From: an uncultured Actinomycetota bacterium
GTDB taxonomy: Bacteria > Actinomycetota > Actinomycetes > DATJPE01
DNA: 64,000 bases
Assembly: GCA_963851405.1 (NCBI GenBank)
Contig: CAWKPB010000007.1
Coordinates: 351,876 to 415,875, forward strand
Direction: 5' to 3'
Shown here: piece by piece, positions 49,642-60,392 of the stretch
Position numbering within the stretch: position 1 is the stretch's first letter
Layout of the letters: each line of letters begins with the position of its first letter
The notes under the pieces: generated by a model
Told to the model about the DNA's origin: nothing
Databases searched by the model: none
The model's input: the letters and a program-made list of their open reading frames with translations, nothing else
Position numbers and translations under genes: made by a program

Positions 49642-51058
49642 TCAGCGCAGGTATTGGGACAGGCCGCGCTTGAGGAACTGGCCGTGGCCCTTGCGGCCGA
49701 GGTAGGCGCCGTCATCGATGACCACGCTGCCGCGCGAGATCACGGTGTCGACGTGGCCGTCGATTTCGTAGCCCTCCCACGCCGAGTGGTCCATCGCCAT
49801 GTGGTGGGTCTCGACCGAGATGTGAGTACGGCCATTCGGGTCGTACACCACGATGTCAGCGTCGGCGCCTGGTGCGATGACGCCCTTCTGGCCGTACAGC
49901 CCGAACATGCGCGCGGGCGTCGTACAGCAGAGCTCGACCCAGCGCTCCAAGGTGATCCGGCCGTCGACGACCCCTTGGTAGAGCAGGTCCATCCGGTGCT
50001 CGACCGAGCCGATTCCGTTGGGGATCTTGGAGAAATCGCCCAGGCCGAGTTCCTTCTGCTCCTTGAAGCAGAACGGGCAGTGGTCGGTGCTCACCACGGA
50101 CAGCGCCTCGGTGCGCAGGTACTTCCACAGCTCGTCCTGGTGCTCCTCGGCCCGTGACCGAAGCGGTGTCGAGCAGACCCACTTGGCACCCTCGAAGCCG
50201 GGCGCGGCGAGTTGCTCTTCGAGGGAGAGGTAGAGGTACTGCGGGCAGGTCTCACCAAACACGTTGAGCCCGTCGGCGCGCGCAGCGGCCAGGGTCGCGA
50301 CCGCCTGCTTGGCGGACATGTGCACGACGTACAGCGGGGCCCCGGTGATCCGCGCCAGCATGATGGCCCGGTTGGTCGCCTCGGCCTCGGTCTCCCACGG
50401 CCGGGTCAGCCCATGGTTGACCGGGTCGGTCTCGCCACGTGCCAGGGCTTGTTGCACCAGCACGTCGATCGCGATGCCGTTCTCCGCGTGCATCATGATC
50501 ATCGCGCCGTTGTGGCCGCGTCTGCATCGCGCGCAGGACCTGGCCGTCGTCGCTGTAGAAGACGCCGGGGTAGGCCATGAACAGCTTGAAGCTGGTGACC
50601 CCCTCGGCGACCAGCTCGTCCATCGCCTTGAGCGAGTCATCATCGACGCCGCCCACGATCTGATGGAAGCCGTAGTCGATCGCGCACTCGCCGGCGGCCT
50701 TCTCGTGCCACGCAGCGAGGCCGTCCTGCACCCGCTCGCCGGTGCGCTGTACGGCGAAGTCGATGATCGAGGTCGTCCCGCCCCACGCGGCCGCGCGGGT
50801 GCCGGTCTCGAAGGTGTCGGAGGCGAACGTGCCGCCGAACGGGCAGCTCCATGTGGGTATGGCAGTCGATGCCGCCCGGGCACGACGTACTTCCCGGTCG
50901 GCGTCGATCACCGTGTCCACGCTTGCCGCGACGTCGACTCCCAGCGCCTGCTCGCCCGGCGCGAGCAACGCCACGATCCGCTCGCCGTCGATGAGCACGT
51001 CCATCTCCGTGCGCCCGGTGGCGGAAACGACTGTGCCGCCGCGCACCAGGACGGTCAT
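49642..51058 (-). pseudogene. dihydropyrimidinase / D-hydantoinase, interrupted by four apparent 1-nt indels
   Basis: [15 protein letters not shown].. at the N-terminus and ..MMHAENG.., VVHMSAK, STDHCPF at the C-terminus. Frame change near 50518-50521. A 57-nt out-of-frame patch (50841-50897) masks [18 protein letters not shown]. Confidence 0.8.
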
Positions 51059-51891
51059 GGCGCGACCAGGTCGCCGTACGCGTCCGGCCGGCGGTCGCGA
51101 TAGAACGCCCACTTGTTGCGGACCTCGGTGACCATCTCGAGGTCGAGGTCGCGGACGATCAGCTCGGCCGAATGCGCGTCGCCGACCTCGCCGACGAATT
51201 GCCCTTGCGGGTCAACGAAGTACGACGTGCCGTAGAAGTCGTCGTCGCCCAGGTCTTCGATGCCGACCCGGTTGATGGCGCCGACGAAGTACTCGTTGGC
51301 GACGGCGGCAGCGGGCTGCTCGAGCTTCCACAGGTAGCCGGACAGGCCGCGGCTGGTCGCGCTGGGGTTGAAGACGATCTGCGCGCCGTTGAGGCCGAGC
51401 GCGCGCCAGCCCTCGGGGAAGTGCCGGTCGTAACAGATGTAGACGCCGACCTTGCCGACCGCGGTGTCGAAGACGGGGAAGCCCAGGTTGCCGGGGCGGA
51501 AGTAGAACTTCTCCCAGAAGCCCTTCACGTGCGGCAGGTGGTGCTTGCGGTACTTGCCGAGGTAGCTGCCGTCGGCGTCGATGACGGCCGCGGTGTTGTA
51601 GAGGAAGCCCGGCTGCTCCTGCTCGTACATCGGGAGCACCAGCACCATGCCGAGCTCGGCGGCCAACGCCTGGAAGCGCTCCGTAGTCGGCCCGGGGATC
51701 GACTCGGCGTAGTCGTAGAAGGCGGCGTCCTGCACCTGGCAGAAGTACGGCCCGTAGAACAGCTCCTGGAAGCACATCACCTTCGCGCCGAGCCCTGCCG
51801 CCTCGCGGGCGTAGTCCTCGTGCACCTTGATCATGGACTCCTTGTCACCGGTCCACTCCGTCTGCACCATTGCCGCTCGTACCGTCGTCAT
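51055..51891 (-). CDS. carbon-nitrogen hydrolase (beta-ureidopropionase / N-carbamoyl-amino-acid amidohydrolase-like)
   Basis: CFQELF (Glu), YRKHHLP (Lys), [11 protein letters not shown] (Cys): the nitrilase-superfamily triad. 4-nt overlap with the hydantoinase gene. Confidence 0.8.
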   Translation of the reverse strand: MTTVRAAMVQTEWTGDKESMIKVHEDYAREAAGLGAKVMCFQELFYGPYFCQVQDAAFYDYAESIPGPTTERFQALAAELGMVLVLPMYEQEQPGFLYNTAAVIDADGSYLGKYRKHHLPHVKGFWEKFYFRPGNLGFPVFDTAVGKVGVYICYDRHFPEGWRALGLNGAQIVFNPSATSRGLSGYLWKLEQPAAAVANEYFVGAINRVGIEDLGDDDFYGTSYFVDPQGQFVGEVGDAHSAELIVRDLDLEMVTEVRNKWAFYRDRRPDAYGDLVAP

Positions 51892-52002
51892 CGTCGCGAC
51901 CTCCTCGCCTCGGGGTTCCCTCCATCCTGTCCCACCCCCGGATCCGGCGCACGCAGTTGCCGATGGGGACCTCTGGCCGGGCTCCGGCCCCGGTCGTGAC
52001 CG

Positions 52003-52059
52003 GAAGTGCCCGAAAGGGAGGCATCCTGGGGCGCGAGGCGCTCCCGTTTCGGGCACTTC
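52003..52059. repeat. hairpin repeat, E-type copy E3
   Basis: GAAGTGCCCGAAAGGGAG-N..-CTCCCGTTTCGGGCACTTC. Shares its inner TGGGGCGCGAGG(G)CGCTCC with E4. Confidence 0.8.
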
Positions 52060-52147
52060 TGGCCCCGTGGGACCGGCCGCAGCCCCCTGCGGCGCGGCTG
52101 TGGACGACGCCGGCGACGGTACGGCTGTCGCTGCCAGCCTGGTCGGT

Positions 52148-53090
52148 ATGACCGTGGCGCCTACCCGCGAAGGGCCGACCAGGGGCCGTCGCCCCGGCCG
52201 ACGCTGGGCCAGGGTCGGCCACGGGCTCTACCTTCCGAGCCCCACCGACGGCTTGACCGCGACCCTCACGGCCTGGCAGCAGGTGCTGCCATCGTCGGCT
52301 GGCTTCACTGGACTGACGGCGGCGGAGGCGTATGGCTGGTGGCTGCCAACAGACCCCGACGATGCGCCGATCTTCGCGGCCATGCCCAAGGGCGAGACGA
52401 CTCCCAAGCGGCGAGGCCTCGCCGTCGCACGCCTGGCGCGTACTCCGCGGCTGGTCACCTGGGCCGGGCTGCGGCTGACCACTCCCGGCGAGACCCTTCT
52501 GGCCTGCGCTCGGGACCTGGGGCTGCTCGACCTGGTGCTGCTGTGCGACGGAGCGCTGCACCTCGAAAGCTGCACGCGTCTGGACATCGAAGCCGCCGCC
52601 ATGCCGGGCCGTCGGGGATCGCCGCGGCTTCGCCAGGCGCTCGCGTTGGCCGACGGGCGTTCGGAATCAGCGTGGGAGACAGTGCTGCGGCTGTTCCACA
52701 TCTCCTGCGGGGTAGAGGTCGAGACTCAATACGTCCTCCGCAACGATGACGGCGGGTTCGTGGCCCGCGGCGACCTCTGGCTGGTCGGGACGCGGAGCCT
52801 GCATGAGTACGACGGGGGCGTCCACCGCACCCCGCGCCCAGCATCGGGAAGATCTCGCTCGGGACCGGCGCATCCTCGATCGCGGCTGGACCCGCCGGGG
52901 CTACACCAGCGTCGACCTCCTCCACCGGCCGGTCGCCATCCTGCGCGAGGCCGATGCGGCGCTTGGGAGGCCGCATCGTCCGCAACGCGTCCGGTCCTGG
53001 CACCGCTTGCTCGCCGCGTCGATGCTGACCGCGGCCGGGGCGGAGCACGTACGCGGCCGGTGGGCGAGGGCGCTGCGCCGAGTCGGCTGA
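52148..53090 (+). pseudogene. AbiEi-like N-terminal / DUF559-like (Vsr-fold endonuclease-like) protein, copy A, frameshift near 52829-52833
   Basis: ..[10 protein letters not shown].., ..[49 protein letters not shown]| then another frame reads [26 protein letters not shown]. About 45 % identical by eye to copy B. Confidence 0.65.
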
Positions 53091-53145
53091 AGTGCCCGAA
53101 ACAGCGGCGCTTTGGGGCGCGAGGGCGCTCCGATTCGGACACTTC
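53089..53145. repeat. hairpin repeat, E-type copy E4
   Basis: GAAGTGCCCGAAA-N32-TTCGGACACTTC. Overlaps the stop codon of copy A. 17 nt upstream of hemL. Confidence 0.8.
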
Positions 53146-53161
53146 CGGGTGGGCTGAGAGG

Positions 53162-54490
53162 ATGAGCGGTGTGACGTCCGCCGATTCCCGCGCGCTGTTC
53201 GACCGCGCGCTCGCGGTGACCCCGGGCGGGGTCAACTCGCCGGTGCGCGCCTTCCGCGCCGTGGGCGGCACGCCGAGGTTCATGACCTCGGGCGTCGGGC
53301 CGTACGTCGTGGACGCCGACGGCAACGACTACGTGGACCTGGTCTGCTCGTGGGGGCCGATGATCCTTGGCCACGCCCACCCGGCCGTGGTCGATGCGCT
53401 GACCGAGCAGGTCGCGCTGGGTACGTCCTTCGGGGCGCCCGGTCGCTATGAGGTCGAGCTCGCCGAGGAGATCGTCGCGCGGGTCGAGCCGGTCGAGCAG
53501 GTGAGGCTCGTGAGCAGCGGCACCGAGGCGACGATGTCGGCGATCCGGCTGGCCCGCGGTTTCACCGGCCGCAGCAAGGTGGTGAAGTTCGCGGGCTGCT
53601 ACCACGGCCATGTGGACGCGTTGCTGGCGTCGGCCGGGTCGGGTGTGGCCACGCTGGGCCTGCCGGACACCCCGGGCGTGACCGGCGCGAGCGCGGCGGA
53701 CACCCTCGTGCTGCCGTACAACGATCTGGCCGCCGTCGAGGCGGCGTTCGCGACCCACGGCGACACCATCGCGTGCGTCATCACCGAGGCGGCCGCCGCC
53801 AACATGGGGGTCGTCCCCCCACTGCCGGGCTTCAACGCCGGCCTCGCCGAGCTCTGCCGGCGCCACGGGGCGCTGTACATCAGCGATGAAGTGATGACCG
53901 GGTTCCGGGTGAGCCGCAGCGGGTGGTTCGGCCTAGATGGCGTCCGCCCCGACCTGATGACGTTCGGCAAGGTGATGGGCGGAGGGCTTCCCGCCGCCGC
54001 GTTCGGCGGTCGGCGCGAGGTCATGGAGCACCTCGCGCCCCTCGGACCGGTCTACCAAGCGGGCACCCTGTCCGGGAACCCGCTCGCCACGCTCGCCGGC
54101 GTCACGACGCTGCGGCATTGCACCGACGAGGTCTACGCGGTCGTCGACCACGTGGCCGCCGAGGTCGGACGGCTGGCGTCGGAGGCGCTGAGCAAGGAAG
54201 GCGTCCCGCACGTGCTGCAGCAGGCCGGCAACCTGTTCAGCCTCTTCTTCGTCGACCCCTCCGAGACGCCCGCCGTCACGGACTATGCGACGGCAAGAAC
54301 TCAGGCGGCGTACCGCTTTGCACCGTTCTTCCACTCCATGCTCGACCAGGGTGTGTCCTTGCCACCGAGCGCCTTCGAGGCGTGGTTCGTCTCGGCGGCC
54401 CACGACGACATCGCCCTCGAACGCGTCGCCGACGCCCTGCCCGCCGCAGCCCGCGCGGCCGCCGAAGCCCAACCCGAAGGAGCCGCGTGA
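53162..54490 (+). CDS. hemL: glutamate-1-semialdehyde 2,1-aminomutase
   Basis: [12 protein letters not shown], and [16 protein letters not shown] (PLP Lys context). Confidence 0.9.
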   Translation: MSGVTSADSRALFDRALAVTPGGVNSPVRAFRAVGGTPRFMTSGVGPYVVDADGNDYVDLVCSWGPMILGHAHPAVVDALTEQVALGTSFGAPGRYEVELAEEIVARVEPVEQVRLVSSGTEATMSAIRLARGFTGRSKVVKFAGCYHGHVDALLASAGSGVATLGLPDTPGVTGASAADTLVLPYNDLAAVEAAFATHGDTIACVITEAAAANMGVVPPLPGFNAGLAELCRRHGALYISDEVMTGFRVSRSGWFGLDGVRPDLMTFGKVMGGGLPAAAFGGRREVMEHLAPLGPVYQAGTLSGNPLATLAGVTTLRHCTDEVYAVVDHVAAEVGRLASEALSKEGVPHVLQQAGNLFSLFFVDPSETPAVTDYATARTQAAYRFAPFFHSMLDQGVSLPPSAFEAWFVSAAHDDIALERVADALPAAARAAAEAQPEGAA

Positions 54491-55152
54491 GCGACCAGCC
54501 CTCGTCCGACGACGCGATCACCGTCGTCCACCTCGTCCGGCACGGCGAGGTCCACAACCCGGAGAAGATCCTGTACGGGCGGCTGCCCGGCTACCACCTG
54601 TCCGAGCTCGGCCGCGAGATGGCCGAGGTTGTGGCAGCGTCGTTCGCCGGACGCGACATCACCCACGTCGGGTCGTCGCCGCTGGAACGCGCTCAAGAGA
54701 CGGCCAACCCGATCGCCGGGGTGCACGAGCTGCCCATCGTCACTGACGATCGGCTGATCGAGGCGGAGAACTACTTCCAGGGCATGCAGTTCGGCGTGGG
54801 CGACGGGTCGCTCAAGCACCCCAAGCATTGGCCGCACCTGATCAACCCGCTCACTCCTTCCTGGGGGGAGCCGTACATCCAGCAGGCCGAGCGGGTGCTC
54901 GCGGCGATGGGCGCCGCCCGCGACGCGGCCAGCGGTCACGAAGCCGTGCTGGTCAGCCATCAGCTGCCGGTGTGGACGACCCGCTGCAAGGTCGAAGGTC
55001 GGCGGCTGTGGCACGACCCCCGCAAGCGCGAATGCACCCTGGCGTCGGTCACGTCGTTCACCTATGAGGGCAACGAGATCGTCGCGGTCGCCTATACCGA
55101 GCCCGCGAAGGCTTTGCTGCCCAGCGGCAAGACGTACACCGCCGGCGCCTGA
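54487..55152 (+). CDS. histidine phosphatase (phosphoglycerate-mutase-like) family protein
   Basis: [11 protein letters not shown] (RHG motif) and [15 protein letters not shown] overlap with hemL. Confidence 0.8.
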   Translation: MSDQPSSDDAITVVHLVRHGEVHNPEKILYGRLPGYHLSELGREMAEVVAASFAGRDITHVGSSPLERAQETANPIAGVHELPIVTDDRLIEAENYFQGMQFGVGDGSLKHPKHWPHLINPLTPSWGEPYIQQAERVLAAMGAARDAASGHEAVLVSHQLPVWTTRCKVEGRRLWHDPRKRECTLASVTSFTYEGNEIVAVAYTEPAKALLPSGKTYTAGA

Positions 55153-55157
55153 TCATC

Positions 55158-55769
55158 ATGGGGAAGGTTGTGGTTGCTGGAGCAACAGCAAAGTTCCCCA
55201 TGGTGGCCGCCGTGGCCGTGACCGCCGCACTGCTGCTCGCCGGCTGTACGACGGCCGCCGGCGCGGGCACGCCGGTCGACCAGCCGGAGCAGAACTATGT
55301 GTCCGGCTCGGGCACCATCACCGAGGTCCCGGCGGCCGACCGGGGAGACCCGATCGAGTTGGCCGGCGAGACCCTCGACGGGGACACTCTCGATCTCGCC
55401 GACCTTCGCGGGCAGGTCGTCGTCGTCAACGTGTGGGGCTCGTGGTGCCCGCCCTGTCGCGCGGAGGCACCCGTCCTCAAGGCGGTCAGCGACGACCTGG
55501 TGGGCGACGACGTGGCGTTCGTCGGCATCGACACCCGCGATAGTGACGCAGCAGCAAGGGCTTTCGTCGAGAACGTCGGCCTCGATTACCCCAACATCAT
55601 TGACCGGGACGGGGTGAAGTTGCTGGCCTTCCATGGCGACATCAACCCGCAGGCCATCCCGTCCACTCTCGTCCTCGACCGGCAAGGCCGGGTGGCGGCT
55701 CGCGTCGTGGGCGAGGTCACCGAGGGGACGTTGCGCGCGCTGATCGAGCCGCTCGTCGCCGAGCAGTGA
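55158..55769 (+). CDS. TlpA/ResA-like thiol-disulfide oxidoreductase lipoprotein
   Basis: Lipobox [21 protein letters not shown] CxxC motif. Confidence 0.85.
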   Translation: MGKVVVAGATAKFPMVAAVAVTAALLLAGCTTAAGAGTPVDQPEQNYVSGSGTITEVPAADRGDPIELAGETLDGDTLDLADLRGQVVVVNVWGSWCPPCRAEAPVLKAVSDDLVGDDVAFVGIDTRDSDAAARAFVENVGLDYPNIIDRDGVKLLAFHGDINPQAIPSTLVLDRQGRVAARVVGEVTEGTLRALIEPLVAEQ

Positions 55770-56512
55770 TCACCGCCGCGGCTGACACCGTCGTCAACGG
55801 TTCCTTCGTGCTGGCCGCGATCATCGCGGTTGCCGCCGGGCTGGTGTCGTTCCTCAGTCCGTGCGTGCTTCCCCTGGTGCCCGGCTATGTCTCGTACGCG
55901 ACCGGGCTGGTCGGCGCCGACATGGCGGAGGCCAGGCGCGGTCGGTTGCTTGCGGGCTCGGTGCTGTTCATCGCGGGCTTCACCGTCGTCTTCGTGAGCC
56001 TTGGGGCCTTGGCGGGGTCGCTGGGGGCGCTGCTCATCGAATACCAGTTGGTGATCACCAAAGTGTTGGGGGTGCTCACGATTCTGCTCGGGCTGGCCTT
56101 CCTCGGCTGGCTTCCGTGGGCGAGTCGCGAGTGGCGTTTCCACCGGATGCCGACCCTCGGACTCGCCGGGGCCCCGCTGCTGGGTGTGCTGTTCGGCCTG
56201 GGCTGGACACCGTGCATCGGGCCGACGCTGGCTGCGGTCCAGGCGCTGGCGCTGAACGAGGCGTCCGCGCTGCGCGGGGCGCTGCTCATGGTGTTCTACT
56301 GCATCGGCCTCGGGCTGCCTTTCGTCATCTTCGCTTTGGCGATCCGGCGGGCAGCCGGGGGGCTGGCGTGGTTCAAGCAGCACTACGCGTTCATCATGGG
56401 CTTCGGCGGCGCGATGCTCGTCATCCTCGGGATCCTTCTGGTGACCGGGATCTGGGCGGATCTCGCCGTGCAGATGCGCGTCTGGGCGGTCAACTTCGAG
56501 GTGGCGATCTAG
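55766..56512 (+). CDS. ccdA: cytochrome c biogenesis thiol-disulfide transporter CcdA
   Basis: [13 protein letters not shown] and GWTPCIGP: the paired Cys motifs of the DsbD/CcdA core. Confidence 0.9.
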   Translation: MITAAADTVVNGSFVLAAIIAVAAGLVSFLSPCVLPLVPGYVSYATGLVGADMAEARRGRLLAGSVLFIAGFTVVFVSLGALAGSLGALLIEYQLVITKVLGVLTILLGLAFLGWLPWASREWRFHRMPTLGLAGAPLLGVLFGLGWTPCIGPTLAAVQALALNEASALRGALLMVFYCIGLGLPFVIFALAIRRAAGGLAWFKQHYAFIMGFGGAMLVILGILLVTGIWADLAVQMRVWAVNFEVAI

Positions 56513-58106
56513 GTGGCCGACACCCTCGAGTCGACCACGCTCGAACCCGACCGCAAGCCAGAGCCGATCAAGGTGCCGACGCTTGGCCCGGGTGGGCTCG
56601 CGCGGTGGGCCTGGCGCCAGCTGACCAGCATGCGTACGGCCCTGATCCTGCTGTTTCTCCTTGCCCTGGGCGCGATTCCGGGGTCGCTGTTCCCGCAGCG
56701 CGGGGTCAATCCGATCCAGGTCTCGAACTACCGGGCCGACAATCCGACGATCGCCCCATGGCTGGACCGGTTCGGGTTCTTTGACGTCTATGCGTCGTCG
56801 TGGTTCGCAGCCATCTACTTGTTGCTGTTCATCTCCCTGATCGGTTGCGTGCTGCCCCGGTGTGCGCAGCACTGGCGGGCGATCCGGGCGGCCCCACCTC
56901 CGGCCCCGCGCAACCTGTCGCGCCTCCCGGTGTCGATGTACTACGAGGGAACCGACGACCCGGCGGCCGTACTCACGCGGGCCGAGGAATCGTTGCGGGG
57001 CCAGCGGTTTCGGGTGGTCACAGGCGACGGCTGGGTGGCCGCCGAGAAGGGCTACCTGCGGGAGACGGGCAACCTGGTCTTCCACCTGTCGCTGATCGTG
57101 CTGCTCATCGGGGTGGCCATCGGGGCGCTGTTCGGGGTGAAGGGCGTGGCGCTGGTCGTCGAGGGTGAGGGCTTTGCCAACACAGTCACGCAGTACGACC
57201 AGATCTCGCCCGGACGGGCGTACGACATCGACTCGCTCGCGCCGTTCTCATTCACCCTCGACGACTTCCGGGCGACCTACGAGGCCGGACCGGTGCAGAC
57301 GGGCGCAGCTCGTACTTTCGAGGCTGACGTGACGGTGACAGACGCTCCTCGTGCCGAGCCGCGCACGCAGACGGTGCAAGTGAACGACCCGCTGCGTTCT
57401 GGCGGGTTCAAGGCGTTCTTGGTGGGACACGGATATGCGCCGGTGTTCACGGTGACCGACGGCGACGGCCGCGTGGTGCAACAGGGCCCGGTGCCGTGCA
57501 TCCCGCAGGACGGCAACTTCACCTCCGAGTGCGTGGTGAAGGTGCCGGACGCGAGACCCGGATCAGCTGGCGCTGGTGGGGTTCTTCTTCCCGACGGTGG
57601 TCGATGGTGGCGGCCCGGTGTCGTACTTCCCGGGCGCGGAGAACCCCGAGGTCTACCTCAACGTGTTCACCGGTGACCTGGGTCTGGACGACGGCATCGC
57701 GACGTCGGTCTACTCACTCGACACCACGAACCTCACGCCGGTAAAGGCGGAGCCGACCGACGGGGCTCCGCTGGTGGTCGTGCTCAAGCCGGGGGAGTCG
57801 GAGACGTTGCCGGACGGGCTCGGGACGGTGAGCTTCGACGGGATCCAGGAGTGGGCGACCTTCGAGATCGCGCGCGACCCCGGCAAGGAGTTGGCGCTGG
57901 TCGGCGCGGTGGCGGCGATCGCTGGATTGCTGCTCTCGTTGTTCGTGCGGCGACGGCGGATCTGGGTACGAGCGGTCGCAGGGCCGGACGGCGTCGGCGG
58001 CACTACGGTGGTCGAGGTGGCCGGGCTCGCCAAGAACGAGGCGGGCGGGGTCGACGATGAAGTGGAGGCGCTGGTGCGCGTCCTGCGCGGCGAGGAGCAA
58101 CCGTGA
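56513..58106 (+). pseudogene. resB: cytochrome c biogenesis protein ResB/Ccs1, frame broken near 57554-57560
   Basis: SMRTALILLFLLALGAIPGSLFPQR is ResB-like. ..CVVKVPDA| shifts frame to PDQLALVGFFFPTVVDGGGP... and ends at 58106. Confidence 0.8.
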
Positions 58107-59138
58107 TCGACCAGGGCATGGCCCAGCTCAGCCTCGAGCTCGCCTATGCGGCGATCGCGATCTATGCGGCCGCTTTTGTCGCGTACGCGGTGGCTGCGGC
58201 CGCTGTTGTGGGGGCGAAGGACGACGCGAAGGTGAAGGAGCCAGCGCTGGTCGGCGCCGAGCCGGTGCCCGGGGTCGTCGCGGAGTCGGTCGATGGGCTT
58301 GAGGGACTAGACGGACCTGACGGCTCGGGTGGCCCGTCGGCTGACGGGGCGGCAGGCCTACCCCCGATGCCTGGGCGGAAAGCGGCGGGGATCGGTACGT
58401 CGCTGACCGTGCTGGCGTTCGCGTTGGAGCTGGCCGCGGTGATCGCGCGCGCGGTGTCGGTGCAGCGGGTGCCGTGGGGCAACATGCACGAGTTCACGCT
58501 GACGACGTCGACGGTGCTGGCGGGGGCGTTCCTCTTCTTCGCGCTGCGTGACCGCAGCAAGCAGGTGCTGGGCGTCTTCGTGGTGCCGGCGGTACTGCTG
58601 GCGCTCGGGCTGTCGGTGACGGTGTTGTATGCGGACGCGGCCGAGCTGGTGCCGGCGCTGCAGTCCGGCTGGCTCGTCGTGCACGTGATGGCCGCGATGA
58701 TCGCGACGGGCGCCTTTGCGTTGGGGGCGCTGTTTTCCGGCGCTCTACTTGGTGAAGGAGCGCTCCGACCGGCGGCTGGCTGCGGGAGACATCTCGCGGC
58801 CGGGGTGGGTGGCGCGGCTGCTGCCGGAGGCCCGTTCCATGGACCGGCTGGCCTACCGGATCAACGCGTTCACCTTCCCGCTGTGGACCTTCGCGGTGAT
58901 CGCCGGCGCGATCTGGGCGGAGAACGCGTGGGGGCGGTACTGGGGGTGGGACCCCAAGGAGGTGTGGGCGTTCATCACCTGGGTCGTCTACGCGGCCTAC
59001 CTGCACGCGCGCTCGACGGCCGGGTGGAAGGCGCGCGGGTCGTCGTGGATTGCGCTCGCCGGCTTCGGCTGCCTGATGTTCAACTACTTCGGGATCAACC
59101 TGCTCGTCAGCGGCCTGCACTCCTACTCCGGCGTCTAG
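58103..59138 (+). pseudogene. ccsB: cytochrome c biogenesis protein CcsB/ResC, frame broken near 58737-58741
   Basis: ..ATGAFALGALFS| shifts frame to ALYLVKE.. The WGRYWGWDPKEVW tryptophan-rich haem-handling motif lies in the second frame. Confidence 0.8.
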
Positions 59139-59183
59139 CCCGGCGGCCGTACGGGCCGGGGCGGGAGCAGCACGCTCGCCCAT

Positions 59184-59207
59184 CCGGCCGCATGGCCATG
59201 CGGCCGG
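59184..59207. terminator. perfect 24-bp GC palindrome downstream of ccsB
   Basis: CCGGCCGCATGG|CCATGCGGCCGG. No T-tract, so a terminator role is tentative. Confidence 0.35.
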
Positions 59208-59271
59208 CCTCCCGCCAGGCCCAACCACGCTCGCTTACCCGCTCACGCCCCGGCCCCGCCGTACCCGTTCC

Positions 59272-59326
59272 AAGTGGTGCCTTGGGGGCTGCTGGGTGCC
59301 CGAGATGTCGGGCTAAGGCACCACTT
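59272..59326. repeat. hairpin repeat, F-type copy F1
   Basis: AAGTGGTGCCTT-N31-AAGGCACCACTT (perfect 12-bp arms). Inner hairpin GCCCGA-GATG-TCGGGC. 5' flank GCCGTACCCGTTC. Confidence 0.8.
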
Positions 59327-59334
59327 CTGCGGGG

Positions 59335-60317
59335 TCAGGTCACCAACTCGGTACGGCTGGGCCGGCCGGACGCGCGCTGGTCCCATCGAGCGGTGATCCG
59401 GGCGCGGCCCGCGGGGCTGAACAGCGACTTCGCCACGAGGGCGTGCCAGCGCCGTCCGTGCTCCGCGCGATGAGGTCGGCCAAGGGCCAGGTCGATGTCG
59501 CGGATGACTCCCGCTGCGCCCTCGATGACGTCGCGGCTCGTGTAGCCGCGCCGGGTCCAGGCGGCGGCGACCAGCCGGCGGTCGCGGAGCAGGTCGGCCC
59601 GGTGCTGGGCGCGATCGCGGTGGACCGCGCCGTCGTACTCGTGCAGCGTGCGCGTCCCCGCCAGCCAGAGATCGCCGCGCGCGACGAAACTGCCGTCGTC
59701 GGCGACCACGATGTGCTGGGGTACGACGTGGCGCGGGCGGTGTGTGAAGCGAGCCGCAGCACCGACTCCCAGGGTGACTCCGACCGCTCGTCGGCGTGCT
59801 CGAGCGCCGCGGCCAAGGCGGGTGCGCCGCGACGCTTGACCCGGCAGGCGGCGACGAGTTCGTCGCGGGTGCACAGGCCGGTGGCGAGCGCCGAGTCGCA
59901 CAACACGACCAGGTCGATCAGCCCGACGTCCCGGGCGCACGCGCGCAGCGCCTCGGCCGGTGGCGCCAGCCGTACGCCGTCCAGCATCCGACTCCGTGGT
60001 GGCTCCGGATGGCGGCTCACGACCAGACCCGGCCGGCGCGAACGTGGGTCGCTCACGTGCTGGGCCACGAAGAGCGGCGGCCGTACGGGCAGCGGCGGCG
60101 TCCAGAGGCCGTACGCGCGGGTGGCCGTCAGGTGGGTGAACACCGAGGTCGGTGGAAGCACCAGCTGCCAGGCGCCCAGCTCCTGGAAGAAGCTGTCGAG
60201 CGATTCCTTCGGCGTGCCCAGCCCGCCGGGCTCGGTCCCGGAGGCGGCCGAGAGGTAGAGCCCGCGCGACAGGCGGCGCGACCGAGGCGCCGGCCGCCGC
60301 CCGATGCTTGGCTGCAT
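59335..60317 (-). pseudogene. AbiEi-like N-terminal / DUF559-like protein, copy B, frameshift near 59748-59753
   Basis: MQPSIGRRPAPRSRRLSRGLYLSAAS.., ..SESPWESVLRL| then another frame reads [65 protein letters not shown]. Confidence 0.65.
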
Positions 60318-60392
60318 CCGTCGAGCCTGGCCGGGTCGGGCGCAGCCGCGGGCGGCTCGTCCACAGGCCTCGCCCAGCCGCCGTACCCCCTC

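Noticed and set aside
43159-53145. E-type repeats as simple Rho-independent terminators.
   Set aside because: None has a T-tract. E3 sits in a divergent promoter region where no transcript ends. A secondary role in termination or mRNA stability is not excluded.
51827-54490. 887-aa ORF that appears to fuse the DUF559-like protein with HemL.
   Set aside because: It is a read-through artefact. The frameshift in DUF559 copy A moves into a frame that stays open across repeat E4 and into hemL. HemL has its own ATG at 53162, with a normal N-terminus ([27 protein letters not shown]).
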